This document shows positions 52,109 to 64,000 of a DNA stretch of 64,000 bases, in pieces. The stretch spans positions 40,362,001 through 40,426,000 of the forward strand of contig NC_043009.1 in the NCBI RefSeq assembly GCF_006345805.1. Reading direction: 5' to 3'. A program made the position numbers and the translations under genes. Every line of letters starts with the position of its first letter. Within the stretch, counting starts at the first letter, position 1. The notes under the pieces are model-generated. The model was not told where the DNA came from. It did no database searches and worked only from the letters and a program-made list of their open reading frames with translations. This DNA is from Octopus sinensis (taxonomy: Eukaryota).

Positions 52109-52825
52109 ATATTTCTGTCTCTTTGACTGTCTGTCTATCAATTTCTGTATCCATTTATTTATCTGTTCATCACATTTATTGTTCCATCACATCTCTCTCT
52201 TTTTCTCTACCTCTCCCACACTTTTTTTCTTATTGTATTTATCTATTCCATAAGTGATAAAAATCATATTCAACAGCAACTATATAAAGACATAATGAAT
52301 CGACATATTTCAGGCTGTTTTTTGCCACAAGTAATAAAGCCAAATGACAAAACACTAAAGAACAAACGTGATCAGTATAAAACGGCAGGAATACGAAGAT
52401 CGATAACTGTCTAATATAAGATTAAAAGTTAGCTCTTACCATTACGACTTTTTTTTTATGATATGACGTGATCAATTTTCATACGGAAACTGCATAAACA
52501 ACTGAATTGACAAAATATGTATTACTGGAAGTTATTATTTGATCGACCCCCTGTTGCTTGACGAGGTAAAAAAAAAAAGTAGAGACAGGAGTCAGATTAT
52601 GGATGTGAATAGAAACTGATGGATTAAAGATTCCAGTCAACATTCTACCACTTGCTGAGGTCTGAGTAAGGAATGAATTATGTATAAGAACCCACTACAT
52701 ACATTCATACATTCATACATACATACATACATACATACATACATACATACATACATACATACATACATACATACATACATAGGTACGTACATACACACAC
52801 ATATATATACATATATATATAGGGG

Positions 52826-53010
52826 GAGAATTCACAAAAAAAACAAAAGACAAAGGCAGGTGGTGTAGACAACAAACAGATGTATTAGTATAACGCTAGG
52901 GAAGTGAAAAAGTCTTTAACGTTTCGAGCCTACGCTCTTCCACAGAAGGGGACACAGAAAGAAACAAGGAGAGAAAATAAAGAAAATGTAGTGGCTAGCG
53001 ATCTATCAGT
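52826..53010 (-). mobile_element. Penelope-like terminal repeat with hammerhead-like motif at 52914-52948
   Basis: Homologous to 962-1110; CTT-CTGTGGA-A-GAGC(GTAG)GCTC-GAAA-CG-TT-AAAG. Confidence 0.6.
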
Positions 53011-53580
53011 ATATATATATACCCAAATGTATATATATATATGTGTGTGTTTGTGTTTGTGTGTGTGTGTGTGTATGTGTATGTATGTATGTTTTTGTAT
53101 ATATATATATATGTATATATCCATGAATGTATGTGTGTGTTTGTGTGTATTTGATAACTCTATAGCTCTATATGACTTAAAGTTTCGTGGACGTGTGAGA
53201 GAGCCCGCTTCATCTCCTGATATCTAATGAGATAGGTTCTTATATGTCCACGGAGTTAAAGCTGTTATGAATATATGTAATACTTATCAAATGTGTTGAG
53301 TGATCTCTTCTTTTCATTTGTTCATTCACTCGTGTATATATATATATTATATATATATATAGGTTATGAGAGGTAATAGTGTCAAGAAGAACCGAAGGTG
53401 TCAGGTAATGCTGAGTTAGTGCTATGGATAAACTATAGTTAAGTTCCAGGTTCGGTGATTATGCGAATGAGGAGTCCAACGTAGGTCATATATCAGCATG
53501 TGTATATATAAAGAAAAATTAACAGAATGAGATGAAAATCCAAGGCTGTGAAAGATTTCAGAACATTTATAAAGAGAAGT

Positions 53581-53627
53581 TCTTACAGCTGTTTCCGGGA
53601 TATTTTATATATCCCTTCATCGGAGAC
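53581..53627 (-). ncRNA. type-I hammerhead-like motif, core CCGAUGA
   Basis: GTCT-CCGATGA-AGGGATAT(ATAAA)ATATCCCG-GAAA-CAGCTG-TA-AGA. Confidence 0.6.
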
Positions 53628-53789
53628 GGTGTGAGAAAGTATTTAAGCAATAGTTATTCTAGAGAAGATATGAAATAGAGAGTGAAGTGGAGGAGTGAAA
53701 ACAGACGTGAGATACGCAGGGATATTGTATCTGCAGATCCATTATTTAAGCAGAATGGTATACATATAAGTTACCTGTACCTTGTGTGT

Positions 53790-54800
53790 AAGTTCCAATA
53801 GTATTTAAAATTAGTCACGACGTTGTTTATATAAACTATAAAGAGGAACGGACCCAAGACAGTCCCCCGAGGAACACCACAGGTGACTTTTTCTGAGCTT
53901 CAGTGGATTCCACGGATCACAATATGTGTTCTGTTCATCAGGAAATACTTAATCCAGTGTAGACTGGAGAATATTGTTGTCGACCCTGTCTAACGCTTTG
54001 CTGAAGTCAAGGAATATAACATCAGAGACCGAACCTGATCCCAAGATTTTAAGGACATCATCGATGTGATGTAAGAGCTGTGTTAGGCGGTCCTTGTCAC
54101 AGCGAAATCCCTGCTGGCTGGAACTTAGAAAGTTGTGGCTCTTCAGGAAGCCACCTTTTCAAACACTTTGATGATATGGTAAGTGAGAGAGATTTGGCGG
54201 TAGTTAACTGCAAGAGATCTGTTTCTCTTTGTAAAGACTATGGTGGCGGATTTGGATAAGATCAGTTTCACTTTATAGCCTAAGTCTAAAGAATTTCTGC
54301 AGAGGTTGGTTAGAGGGATTACAAGTTGGTGTCCACATATTTTCAGGACATTAGCGGAGAATATATCAGGGCCTGCAGCAGAATAGCACTTGAATTAATT
54401 TCTTGATGTTATGACGTATGAGGCAGTAGAAGTTGTGTTTTAGATAATATGATGAAGATTGGGATCGTTCAGATCACTTGCGTCAATATAACTGGGATCA
54501 CTAAAGACAGAGCGGTACTGTTTCTGCAGTACTTCTGCCATTTCTTTACCGTCATGCTGGAGAAAGATGTTATCATCTGTGAATAAAACACTTTCGGATT
54601 CTGGGTTTTTTTTCTTCTTTTTGAGTGTGTGATTACTGTTTTTTCTCTGTAGCTCTTTGATTGTTGATGTAGATTTACATGCTGATTTGTAGATAAAGTT
54701 TTTCCAACCGAAGCCTTCTTATTGCTATTGAACATGGATGCACTTGACAGTAGAATTTCAACTTGTCGAGTATATATATTGAAAAGTGAAAAAAAATCTC
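53790..54800 (-). mobile_element. CR1/L2-type LINE RT fragment
   Basis: NPKVFYS, DGKEMAEVLQKQYRSVFSDP, SAAGPD, DVIFLDFSKALDRVD, GVPRGTVLGPFLFIVYIN. Confidence 0.88.
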
Positions 54801-55000
54801 GAATGCATAATATCTGTGAAAAAAACTTCGAAGGTAAGATAAAATACCCTAATAGACTGGAAAAAGTGGCCATTTCGATTCTCTATACTGGTTTTTCTAG
54901 CCATTTCCTTTTCAGTGGATAAAGGTATTATACCGGTCCTCTGAGGTGGTTTTATAGCTCTTCTCTAGCGTTCGTGATCTCCTTCATTTGTAAAATAGCA

Positions 55001-55052
<52 letters not shown>

Positions 55053-55254
55053 GTCTCTTTTCAAAGCTCGTCTTTCCAGCGTTCACCACTTCACATCGTC
55101 TTAGCTTAACAGCCCTCACCGTTTTGTTGTTATTGTTTTGTTCTCGCTGTCCTGTTTTTGTTACCACTTTCACCTTCCGCAAAAAAATCCCAAATTTTAT
55201 TTAATTTGCTTTGCGGGAAGGACTGTTTTAACGAAGTCACGTCTTGTCCTTATC

Positions 55255-55517
55255 TTTCAAACGCGGAGTAGATAAGACGTGGGACAACTGATGAAGGGAA
55301 TGTTCTTTATGTTGCATGTCTTGTTATTCTGTTTTTTTTTCGTTGTTCGAAAAAGAGTTCGTTTTCTATGTTTTTGTTTTTTATGTTCTCGTTTCTCATT
55401 TTGTCTACGTGTTTTGATGTCCTGTACCCATATATGCATTATCATATACATATATATATATATGTAGATATGTACATATATGTATGTATATAGACATATA
55501 TTTATATATTATTTATA

Positions 55518-55560
<43 letters not shown>

Positions 55561-55712
55561 TATATGGGTAAAAGACGTCACAAAACGTAAACAACATGAA
55601 ATACGAAGGCAAACTTGGGTATTCGAACAACGAGAGAAGCAAATGGAAAAGAAGACAAGTAACATAAAGACCTTTCATCAGTTATCGGCTGTTCATCTAC
55701 TCAACATTTGGA
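55255..55712. mobile_element. two convergent Penelope-like termini (55255-55440 +, 55560-55712 -) around (TA)n
   Basis: Both carry GA(C/T)AACTGATGAA(G/A)GG...ACCCATAT, as does 10190-10350. Confidence 0.55.
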
Positions 55713-55790
55713 GCAATTAACGATAATATGAGGCTTATACATGCATTCATTGCATACATATGTATTTGAGTAAGTATTAGTTTGGAAGGA

Positions 55791-56179
55791 GTGGAGGCGC
55801 AATGGCCCAGTGGTTAGGGCAGCGGACTCGCGGTCATAGGATCGTGGTTTCGATTCCCAGACCGGGCGTTGTGAGTGTTTATTGAGCGAAAACACCTAAA
55901 GCTCCACGAGGCTCCGGCAGGGGATGGTGGTGATCCCTGCTGTACTCTTTCACCACAACTTTCTCTCACTCTTACTTCCTGTTTCTGTTATACCTTGTAT
56001 TTCAAAGGGCCGGCCTTGTCACTCTCTGTGTCACGCTGAATATCCCCGAGAACTACGTTAAGGGTACACGTGTCTGTGGAGTGCTCAGCCACTTACACGT
56101 TAATTTCACGAGCAGGCTGTTCCGTTGATTCGGATCAACCGGAACCCTCGTCGTCGTAACCGACGGAGTGCTTCTATCC
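55791..56179 (+). mobile_element. intact SINE type D with tail Y, 12-bp TSD
   Basis: AGTTTGGAAGGA at 55779-55790 and 56180-56191. Confidence 0.93.
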
Positions 56180-56219
56180 AGTTTGGAAGGAATTCCCTTG
56201 TCGCTTTCTTACATGAAAT

Positions 56220-57200
56220 GTTTAATCACGATAGTATTTCTGCTCATTATTGATAACGTAATCCCCATCTATATGGCAAACTATTGATCCTTCCGATGTA
56301 AAACTTCTTCAGGTTTTGAAACAGAGAAACACCCACTTCAGTTTTCCCTCTAACTATTATTTCAATGATCTGAAGATGATAGTCAGATGGAGCAATGTCA
56401 GGAGAGTAAGGAGACTGAAGCTGATCTTCTAAATTTAATGCTTGAACGACTTATACAATATATGGACTGTCATTATCGTATAAAAGCAACGATTGACCTT
56501 TTACGATTAACAAGTGATTGACGCTTTTACTACAAAGTTTTGTGACGACAGTACTTCTGTATTAACTTCATCGAATCGGTTTAACAATTCATGATTGACG
56601 ATATCCTTCATATCTCACCAAACTGAACATAAAGTTTTATGGGTGTAGTCCTGGTTTGGGGTTGGCTTTCCCTTTTATATTGGATGGTAGCCATTGTCGT
56701 TTTCGTTGAATATGGTTATAGATAGAGAACCCACTTTTCATTTCTGCTAATGATTCTAACCAGGAAATGTTCTGTGGCAAGTCTGCTCAACAATGACTAA
56801 AAGAAGACAACTCTTTGATTAAGCGAAGACGCAGTCACATGTCGAAGGACACACTGACAAAGTCTACACACTTTTCCTGGTTCATAAAAGTGTTTTATGA
56901 TCAATCTATGACTCGAATTGAGTTGTTTTGCTAATTCACATGTAGTTTGTTTTGGATTTTCGTCATTTATGGTTTTCGGAAGCTCAATATTGGTAGAATA
57001 CGGCCGAGGGAAAACTACGAGTGTAAAAATTTTCCCAACGAAACTGGCAAAAAACAGGGGTGACAAGTCCAGACACTTAAAGCTCCAGTTCCGAAAACTG
57101 AATGAATATTTCTTGCAGCTTACTTTACCAAAGAGCCTATTTTGAATTCATACAGTCTGCAATATCTGATCGAAACTCATTTTAAAAGAGTAAAATCGAT
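56220..57200 (-). mobile_element. near-full-length decayed mariner transposase
   Basis: ENPKQTTCELAKQLN, NEKWVLY, RKRQWL..KPTP, YDNDSP, PYSPDIAPSDYHL. Confidence 0.88.
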
Positions 57201-57477
57201 AAGAATTTAACCCCTACCTTATAAAGTAATCGGCAAAGAAAGATAGGAACGTTAGAATATAAAAGTCGATGGTTATTTTACAGTAGGTATTGACAAAACA
57301 TCTTCAAGTTGATATATGCGCAAACGAATACACATGTATGTATGTATGTATGTATGTATGTATGTATGTATGTATGTATGTATGTATCTATCTATCTATC
57401 TGTCTATCTATCTATCTGTCTATCTATCTATCTGTCTATCTATCTATATATATATATATCTATATCTATTTATCTAT

Positions 57478-57535
<58 letters not shown>

Positions 57536-57713
57536 GTCTGTCTGTCTGTCTATATATTTATATATATGCGTGTTTCCTGCATATTCATATGTATATATAA
57601 TACCCCGGCCGCCGTTCCTAATTTAGTATGATACAGTATGACATAGTGACACATAAGTAATTTTTATATAGAGTAGAGCTTAAACACCACTACTATCCCA
57701 CTTTCTACGACAG

Positions 57714-57777
57714 GGTACCTTGAATACATCGCTCCAAAAGACGAAGTGAAGGATGCTGCTTCCGGAGACATTAACAG
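57714..57777 (+). CDS. candidate exon (GYLEYIAPKDEVKDAASGDIN) or pseudogene fragment
   Basis: ctttctacgacag acceptor, weak CAG|GTTTTC donor, protein-like composition, long antisense ORF. Confidence 0.25.
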
Positions 57778-58275
57778 GTTTTCAAAATGAAGTTCATGGT
57801 TGAGGCTCTCGGCAAAGGTATCAACGCCAATGCTAAGAAGGAAGAGGGAATGAAATGAAGTGCGAAATGCTATTGTAATTTGTTTTTGTACGGTTCTTGA
57901 AATTGATATGAGAGTTAATATGGTGAAGCAGCTCAAATTTCCATCGTATATCAGACTTCCTTGCAACCGACTTCCATCTTGATTTCTGAGACAGCTAGTT
58001 TTAGTAGAGTTGACTATGACTGAAGATTGAATAGGTGCAAGAAAACAAAAAAATCAAAGTAAAAGGTGATGTAGAACTGTTGTTTTAAAATGGATGGAGG
58101 GCCAGGTAGTTGTCAGTGAATGTCAAAAGTCAAGGTTTCAAGGTCGTTATCTCACCTTTCGAACCTGGAAAAGACGGCATCGAGAAAAGCAGAAAGGTTG
58201 AAAAAAAAAAGCATCTAGATGGCTGTGGTTAAGAAGAGGTAACCGATGCAGTCAGTGGAATAATGAATGTTTGAT

Positions 58276-58311
<36 letters not shown>

Positions 58312-58493
58312 TAATCATATGCATATATGCACTCACACACACACATACACATACAGATATATATATATGCAGATACAGATATGTACGTAGATTCATACAA
58401 ATATACATACATACAAACACACACACATACGCACGTACACACCATACTCACACACATACATATATTTTATTAATAAAACTGCAAAGACATTAC

Positions 58494-58540
58494 AAAAACC
58501 GTTACTCAGATTTTCTCGTTCCCGTTCATCGAACAGTTTT
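58494..58540 (-). ncRNA. degenerate hammerhead-like motif, inverted partner of 58562-58607
   Basis: AAAACTGT-TCGATGA-ACG(GGAA)CGA-GAAA-ATCTGAG-TA-ACGGTTTT. Confidence 0.55.
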
Positions 58541-58561
58541 GGATTAGAATCATTGTAAACC

Positions 58562-58607
58562 AAAACTGTCCGAAGAACGGGAACGTGAAACTCTGAGTAA
58601 CAGTTTT
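58562..58607 (+). ncRNA. minimal type-I hammerhead-like motif, core CCGAAGA
   Basis: AAAACTGT-CCGAAGA-ACG(GGAA)CGT-GAAA-CTCTGAG-TA-ACAGTTTT; 8-bp stem I, GNRA-capped stem II, palindromic stem III. Confidence 0.75.
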
Positions 58608-58647
58608 TGTGATGTCTTCGCAGACTTATTACTCCGTATTCGAATAC

Positions 58648-58706
<59 letters not shown>

Positions 58707-58755
58707 ATATAGATATATATATATATATTATATGTATATATATATATATATATAT

Positions 58756-58788
<33 letters not shown>

Positions 58789-58794
58789 TATATG

Positions 58795-58827
<33 letters not shown>

Positions 58828-58971
58828 CAGAAGGAGAGATAGATAGAGCGTCATATATACAGATACATACATAAATATACATAAATATATATTTATTTGT
58901 CTGCATATGTTTTTAAAAGTTTTAGGTGTACATATATATATATGTGTGTGTGAGTGTATGAATGTATGTAT

Positions 58972-59031
<60 letters not shown>

Positions 59032-59233
59032 GTATTCATGTATGTGTGTATGTGTTTCTCTGTGTGTGTGTGTGTACGTAGGTAGGTAGGGATGTAGACA
59101 GCCAGGCAGGTAAAAATGTCATGAAATAGTTAAGAAGTTCTTCAAAACCACGTCGTGACGAGTTCGTTGCAACTGCATGGCATCTGAAGCGGATGTCATA
59201 TTCCGTAGCTTCGAATTAACCATTAACTTTTAG

Positions 59234-59398
59234 TGAATCAGAATTGACGGAAACTGTATCGAAGACTGTGGAGCCAATTGCAATTGTAATTAAAGACGTA
59301 CTAATTAAAGATCCACACTTGTGTTGTGCTGATGATTTCGCTTCAAAGTTATATGAAGTGTATACGAGGCGTCTGTGGAATACTAAGGCACTTACACA
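59234..59398 (+). CDS. candidate 165-bp phase 2-2 exon (ESELTETVSKTVEPIAIV...RRLWNTKALT)
   Basis: aacttttag acceptor, CA|GTAATT donor; in-frame stops just outside both sites. A hAT-transposase remnant is an alternative. Confidence 0.4.
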
Positions 59399-59643
59399 GT
59401 AATTCAGGAATAGATAATCCAGATGATCGAACAATTCAATCCTCTTCGTAAAACGACAGAGATCCCTCACCATATACATCTATACTCATACATGTATATT
59501 TGTCTTCGCGCATGCGCGCGCGTGTGCGTGCGTATGTGCATGTATGTGTGTGTGTATGTATGTATGTATGTATAACTCTTTAGCTTCGTGTTAATTGATA
59601 TTCTCATACACGCACGGACGCATGTGTGAACACATACAGATGA

Positions 59644-59732
<89 letters not shown>

Positions 59733-59746
59733 TGTGTGTGTGTATG

Positions 59747-59790
<44 letters not shown>

Positions 59791-59926
59791 CGTGCATATA
59801 TATATGTGTGTGTGTGTGTGTACACAGATGCATACATACACACACATACTGATATATGGTTTCCTAAGTTAACCATGTCAACAGCAGTTACCATTCTGAT
59901 TACTGCCTTCAAGACAATCTTTCCAG

Positions 59927-59990
59927 ACAGTTAGAAGAATGGGTTACCCAGACCACATTTAGCAACAATATATCATGTCTAACTGCGAAC
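59927..59990 (+). CDS. candidate 64-bp exon ([21 protein letters not shown])
   Basis: aatctttccag acceptor, AC|GTAAGC donor; the only open frame is phase-compatible with 59234-59398. Confidence 0.4.
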
Positions 59991-60281
59991 GTAAGCTATT
60001 CCATCTGACACATAACTGTCTGGCAAATGCTACTATATGTAAAGGTCTACGTTAAATTCTGTGTCTCAGAATAAAAGAAAAGAGATGTAGGAGAGTTATG
60101 TATCACAGAGTAAATGGAAAATCGGCATAGATCATACCATTCAGTAGCGGTGGTAGTAGTGATAAATATATGTATGTATTTATATATGTCAGTATGTATA
60201 TAAATATATATTATACGCATGCCACACATACATATATATATAGAAATACAAAATGACATGCAAAGATATCACAGGTATATA

Positions 60282-60329
<48 letters not shown>

Positions 60330-60403
60330 TATATATACATATATACATATACCTATGTGTGAGCATACAGATTATGTATATAGGCATTTATATACATTTA
60401 TAT

Positions 60404-60445
<42 letters not shown>

Positions 60446-60558
60446 TATACACATATTCACACAAATATATGATGTATGGTTACATAGATATATAGACAGC
60501 TAGAGAGAAAATAGATATACAGACAGATGGGAAATGTATAATATATATGTATATATAT

Positions 60559-60590
<32 letters not shown>

Positions 60591-60649
60591 ATATATATAT
60601 GTATATATATATGTATATATATACATATATATATGCATGTATATATATA

Positions 60650-60687
<38 letters not shown>

Positions 60688-61600
60688 TATATATTTATGT
60701 ATGTATGTATGTATGCATGTATGTATTACACGCACGTGTGTGTATGCGTGGGCGGATGTCTGTGCGTGCATGTATATACACACACACACATATACATGTA
60801 TATTTATATCTATATCTATTTATATATATATGCATGTGCTTGTGCGCGCACGTGTGCGTGTATGTCTATGATTATGTATATATTTATGTATGTTAAGAAA
60901 CCGAAATAGTTTACAATTGACTTATATCTCAATCAATTATCTGTTGCCAACACAACTGTCATGTAAAAAAAAGTTTCTATACGGTTTGACATTTCACTTC
61001 ACTTGAAATCAGCGCCTGGAAAACTAAATCTTTCTGAATATTGATCTTTTCCGTTATGGTGCCATAAGGATTCGTTGAAAACCATAAATATTCAAGAATC
61101 ACCTGCAGGTCCCCCCGCCCCGCCGCCTTACGAATGCCTGGTGGCAAACACTAATGCTTGCGGAGGATGTTTGCTGACACTCTCAGAAATCTGAGATGTT
61201 ATATGAAAAACCATTTTCTATAATGCTGTGGATTGCATTGCTGCTCATAACTTTTGAATGAGATTTAGAGAAAATCAAATGCTTTTGCGCTGAAGGTGCC
61301 AAAAGTTTGGAAGAGAAGCTGAAGATGACAAGCCAATCATAGTGACATTGGCAGAGAATTAGCAATAGCTCATGGAAGATCTTGAAGTGACCTTCATCAT
61401 GATACAATTTAATGATAGTATTAAGAAGGAACATTCCCTCGTGTTCTCCAGTTCGATCGATATTCTAAATGTTGCAGCTTTCCATGTGAATAAGTACATA
61501 AGCAATAATATTTATTGAAAATATATCGAGATAATAGAAATGTATTTAGCATATATTTAAATAAATTTAGTACATGAAAATATAGATAACTACATATGTA

Positions 61601-61655
<55 letters not shown>

Positions 61656-62107
61656 ATATATTGTTATATTTCGGAATGGTCATATTGCCAGTTTAAACGT
61701 ACTATATATATATATACGGTTTCATGTTCTCAATCAGTTGTATACATAAACACTTATACACACGCATATATACATGGTTATATGTAAGTGTTTGTAGATG
61801 AGATACTTACATATATATATATATATATCTATATATATATATATATATATATAGATATATATATATATAGATATATATATATATAGATATATATATATAT
61901 ATAGATAGATAGATACACACATATATATGTTTGTGCGTGTGTATGTGTGTATGTGCGTCTATGTATGTGCGAGTGTGTGTGTATGTGTCTGCATGTACTT
62001 GAACATATAAACATATAAAATAGCTTGTTTAGGCAAATTATTCTTTTATTTCACCACCAACCCCCCCCCCACACACATATATATATCTATAAATATCTAT
62101 ACCTGTC

Positions 62108-62171
<64 letters not shown>

Positions 62172-62267
62172 GTATATATATATAGGCATATATGTATGTA
62201 TGTACGTACATATGTATGTATGTATGTATGATGTATGTATGTATGTATGTATGTATGTATGTATATA

Positions 62268-62481
62268 CAGTGAGTAGCTTGTTCGTTAGTTCGAACGTAC
62301 CTCAAGCATATTCAGAGTGATAATAACATAACAACATTACACACATACGCACACACACAAATATATATTTCAGAGGAGGAGCGCTAAGCAGTGATAAGTA
62401 AAATTGTAATACTCTTATCATATTATTATTAGTTAGTACGTACTTGAGGCACGTTCGAACTGGGGAACAAGCTACTCACTG
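62268..62481. mobile_element. Tc1/mariner-type MITE
   Basis: ~40-bp TIRs CAGTGAGTAGCTTGTTCGTTAGTTCGAACGTACCTCAAG / CTTGAGGCACGTTCGAACTGGGGAACAAGCTACTCACTG; TA on the left. Confidence 0.8.
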
Positions 62482-62523
62482 CGTTTTGTCACGGAGAATA
62501 TATCCCGTTTGTTGAAAAATGAG

Positions 62524-62815
62524 AAAAGCCTTGTAAAAGGATTTTGTAGACGGAAACTGAAAGAAACCCGCCGTCTATATATGTGCGTGTGTGTGAATAT
62601 TTGTGTGTATGTTTGTTTGTCCCTACACCATTGCTTGACAACCGATGTTGGCGTTTTTAATGTACCTCGTAACTTAGCGGTTCGGCAAAAGAAACAGATA
62701 GAATAAGTACTAGGCTTACAAAGAATAAGTTCTGTGGTCGATTTGATCGACTAAAGGCGGTACTCCAGCATAGCCGTAGTCATATGACTGAGACAAGTAA
62801 AAGAATAAAAGAATA
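62524..62815 (+). mobile_element. 3' two-thirds of SINE type A
   Basis: GTAGACGGAAACTGAAAGAAACCCG through GACAAGTAAAAGAATAAAAG. Confidence 0.88.
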
Positions 62816-62848
62816 TATACGTAAGTGTATATGTACGCATATATATAT

Positions 62849-62881
<33 letters not shown>

Positions 62882-63256
62882 GCGTTTGTCTATGTGTGTG
62901 TGCATGTGTATGCTTGGAAGCACGTGGCTTAGTGGATATGGCGTTGCATCCTGTTCCTATAAATGTGGTTTCCATTCTTTGTTCTTTGACAAAGTGATTT
63001 GTTGTGTTCTTGAACGAAACGCATCATTTCACGATATGTAAGTCCACTCAACGGGCAAAATTGAGTTATCAAGCGATAGGCCAGCGTCCTGTCATAGAGG
63101 GAAGTATATACCTCACAGAATGCAGGAAACCATCCTAATGAGACGATCTCCAAGATTTTGTGGCGGGAAGAACCTTGATTTTGCTTTTTGTTTTGTTTTT
63201 ATATACGTATGAATATATACGTGTATATATACGTATGAATATATATGAATATATAC

Positions 63257-63318
<62 letters not shown>

Positions 63319-63351
63319 TTATATATATATATATACATATATGTATGTATG

Positions 63352-63383
<32 letters not shown>

Positions 63384-64000
63384 TATATGTATGTATGTAT
63401 ATATGTATGTATGTGTGTGTATGTGTGTGTGAGTGTATTATGTGATTGCGTGTGTGATGAACTCTTGTCGATTTCGACTTTGGCGTGTTCGGTGTTGTTC
63501 TATGAACTGGTCAACCTATTAGAAATTTAGTGTGTGAAGTGGCTGAGTATTCCACAGACATAAGTAGAAATAATGCCTGAATTTGAATTACAGTTCTAGT
63601 CCATCTAACAGGCTTCTATGCATCCGCATAGTTTCCGCCTACCCATATTCACCTGCAACTCATGAATCGATCTTAAACTATGATAAAGACCTTAGCTCAA
63701 AATACTGTCTTCTGGAATTGAACCAACGACTTCGTGGTTTCGAATCGAACTCATTAACTACTCCGCCGATGTCTATATCTTCCACTGTATAAAGTTAGTT
63801 CGTTGCTTCCATAGTACTGCCCCGGCTCTCCTTATTCCCGATCTGCCGCCAACTAAGTAAAGTAGAGAGTAATCAGTACCCTGCACTAGATGACTGATAT
63901 AATATCAGTGTAAATATATGAAATATTTAACATATATAAGAAAAGAATATCATGGTTTTTCTCTTCAGAGATTGGTATTTATGTTATTCGACCGTATTAA

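Noticed and set aside
58501-58601. Pre-miRNA interpretation of the hairpin
   Set aside because: The arms parse as inverted repeat-derived hammerhead copies; no small-RNA evidence is available.
59290-59370. Similarity of DDFASKLYEVY to glutathione synthetase DDFTARLFDIH
   Set aside because: Upstream spacing does not match; too short to assign.

Overview
Eukaryotic, very AT-rich DNA saturated with microsatellites ((TA)n, (TATG)n, (GT)n, (TAGA)n, (ATT)n, (CAT)n). The repeat repertoire strongly suggests an octopus genome; this is an inference, not a database result. Almost every ORF in the track is a microsatellite artefact. Supportable content: four tRNA-headed SINE types with swapped heads, bodies and tails; decayed non-LTR retrotransposons (two R4/Dong, two L1/Tx1, one CR1-type, two RTE 3' ends, several Penelope-like termini); Tc1/mariner relics and two MITEs; two non-autonomous Helitrons; and a tRNA-Val-like pseudogene with an AGC anticodon. 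No host gene can be named. A few splice-site-bounded, phase-compatible exon candidates lie on the + strand (1.8-2.8, 20.8-21.0 and 57.7-60.0 kb). The most interesting signal is at least seven minimal type-I hammerhead-ribozyme-like motifs with palindromic stem III in Penelope-type termini. Most have non-canonical cores (C at position 4, or U/G at position 6), and several sit in divergent fold-back pairs. There is also a ~1.24-kb genomic palindrome with a Dong LINE inserted into one arm. All folds, alignments and translations were done by eye.
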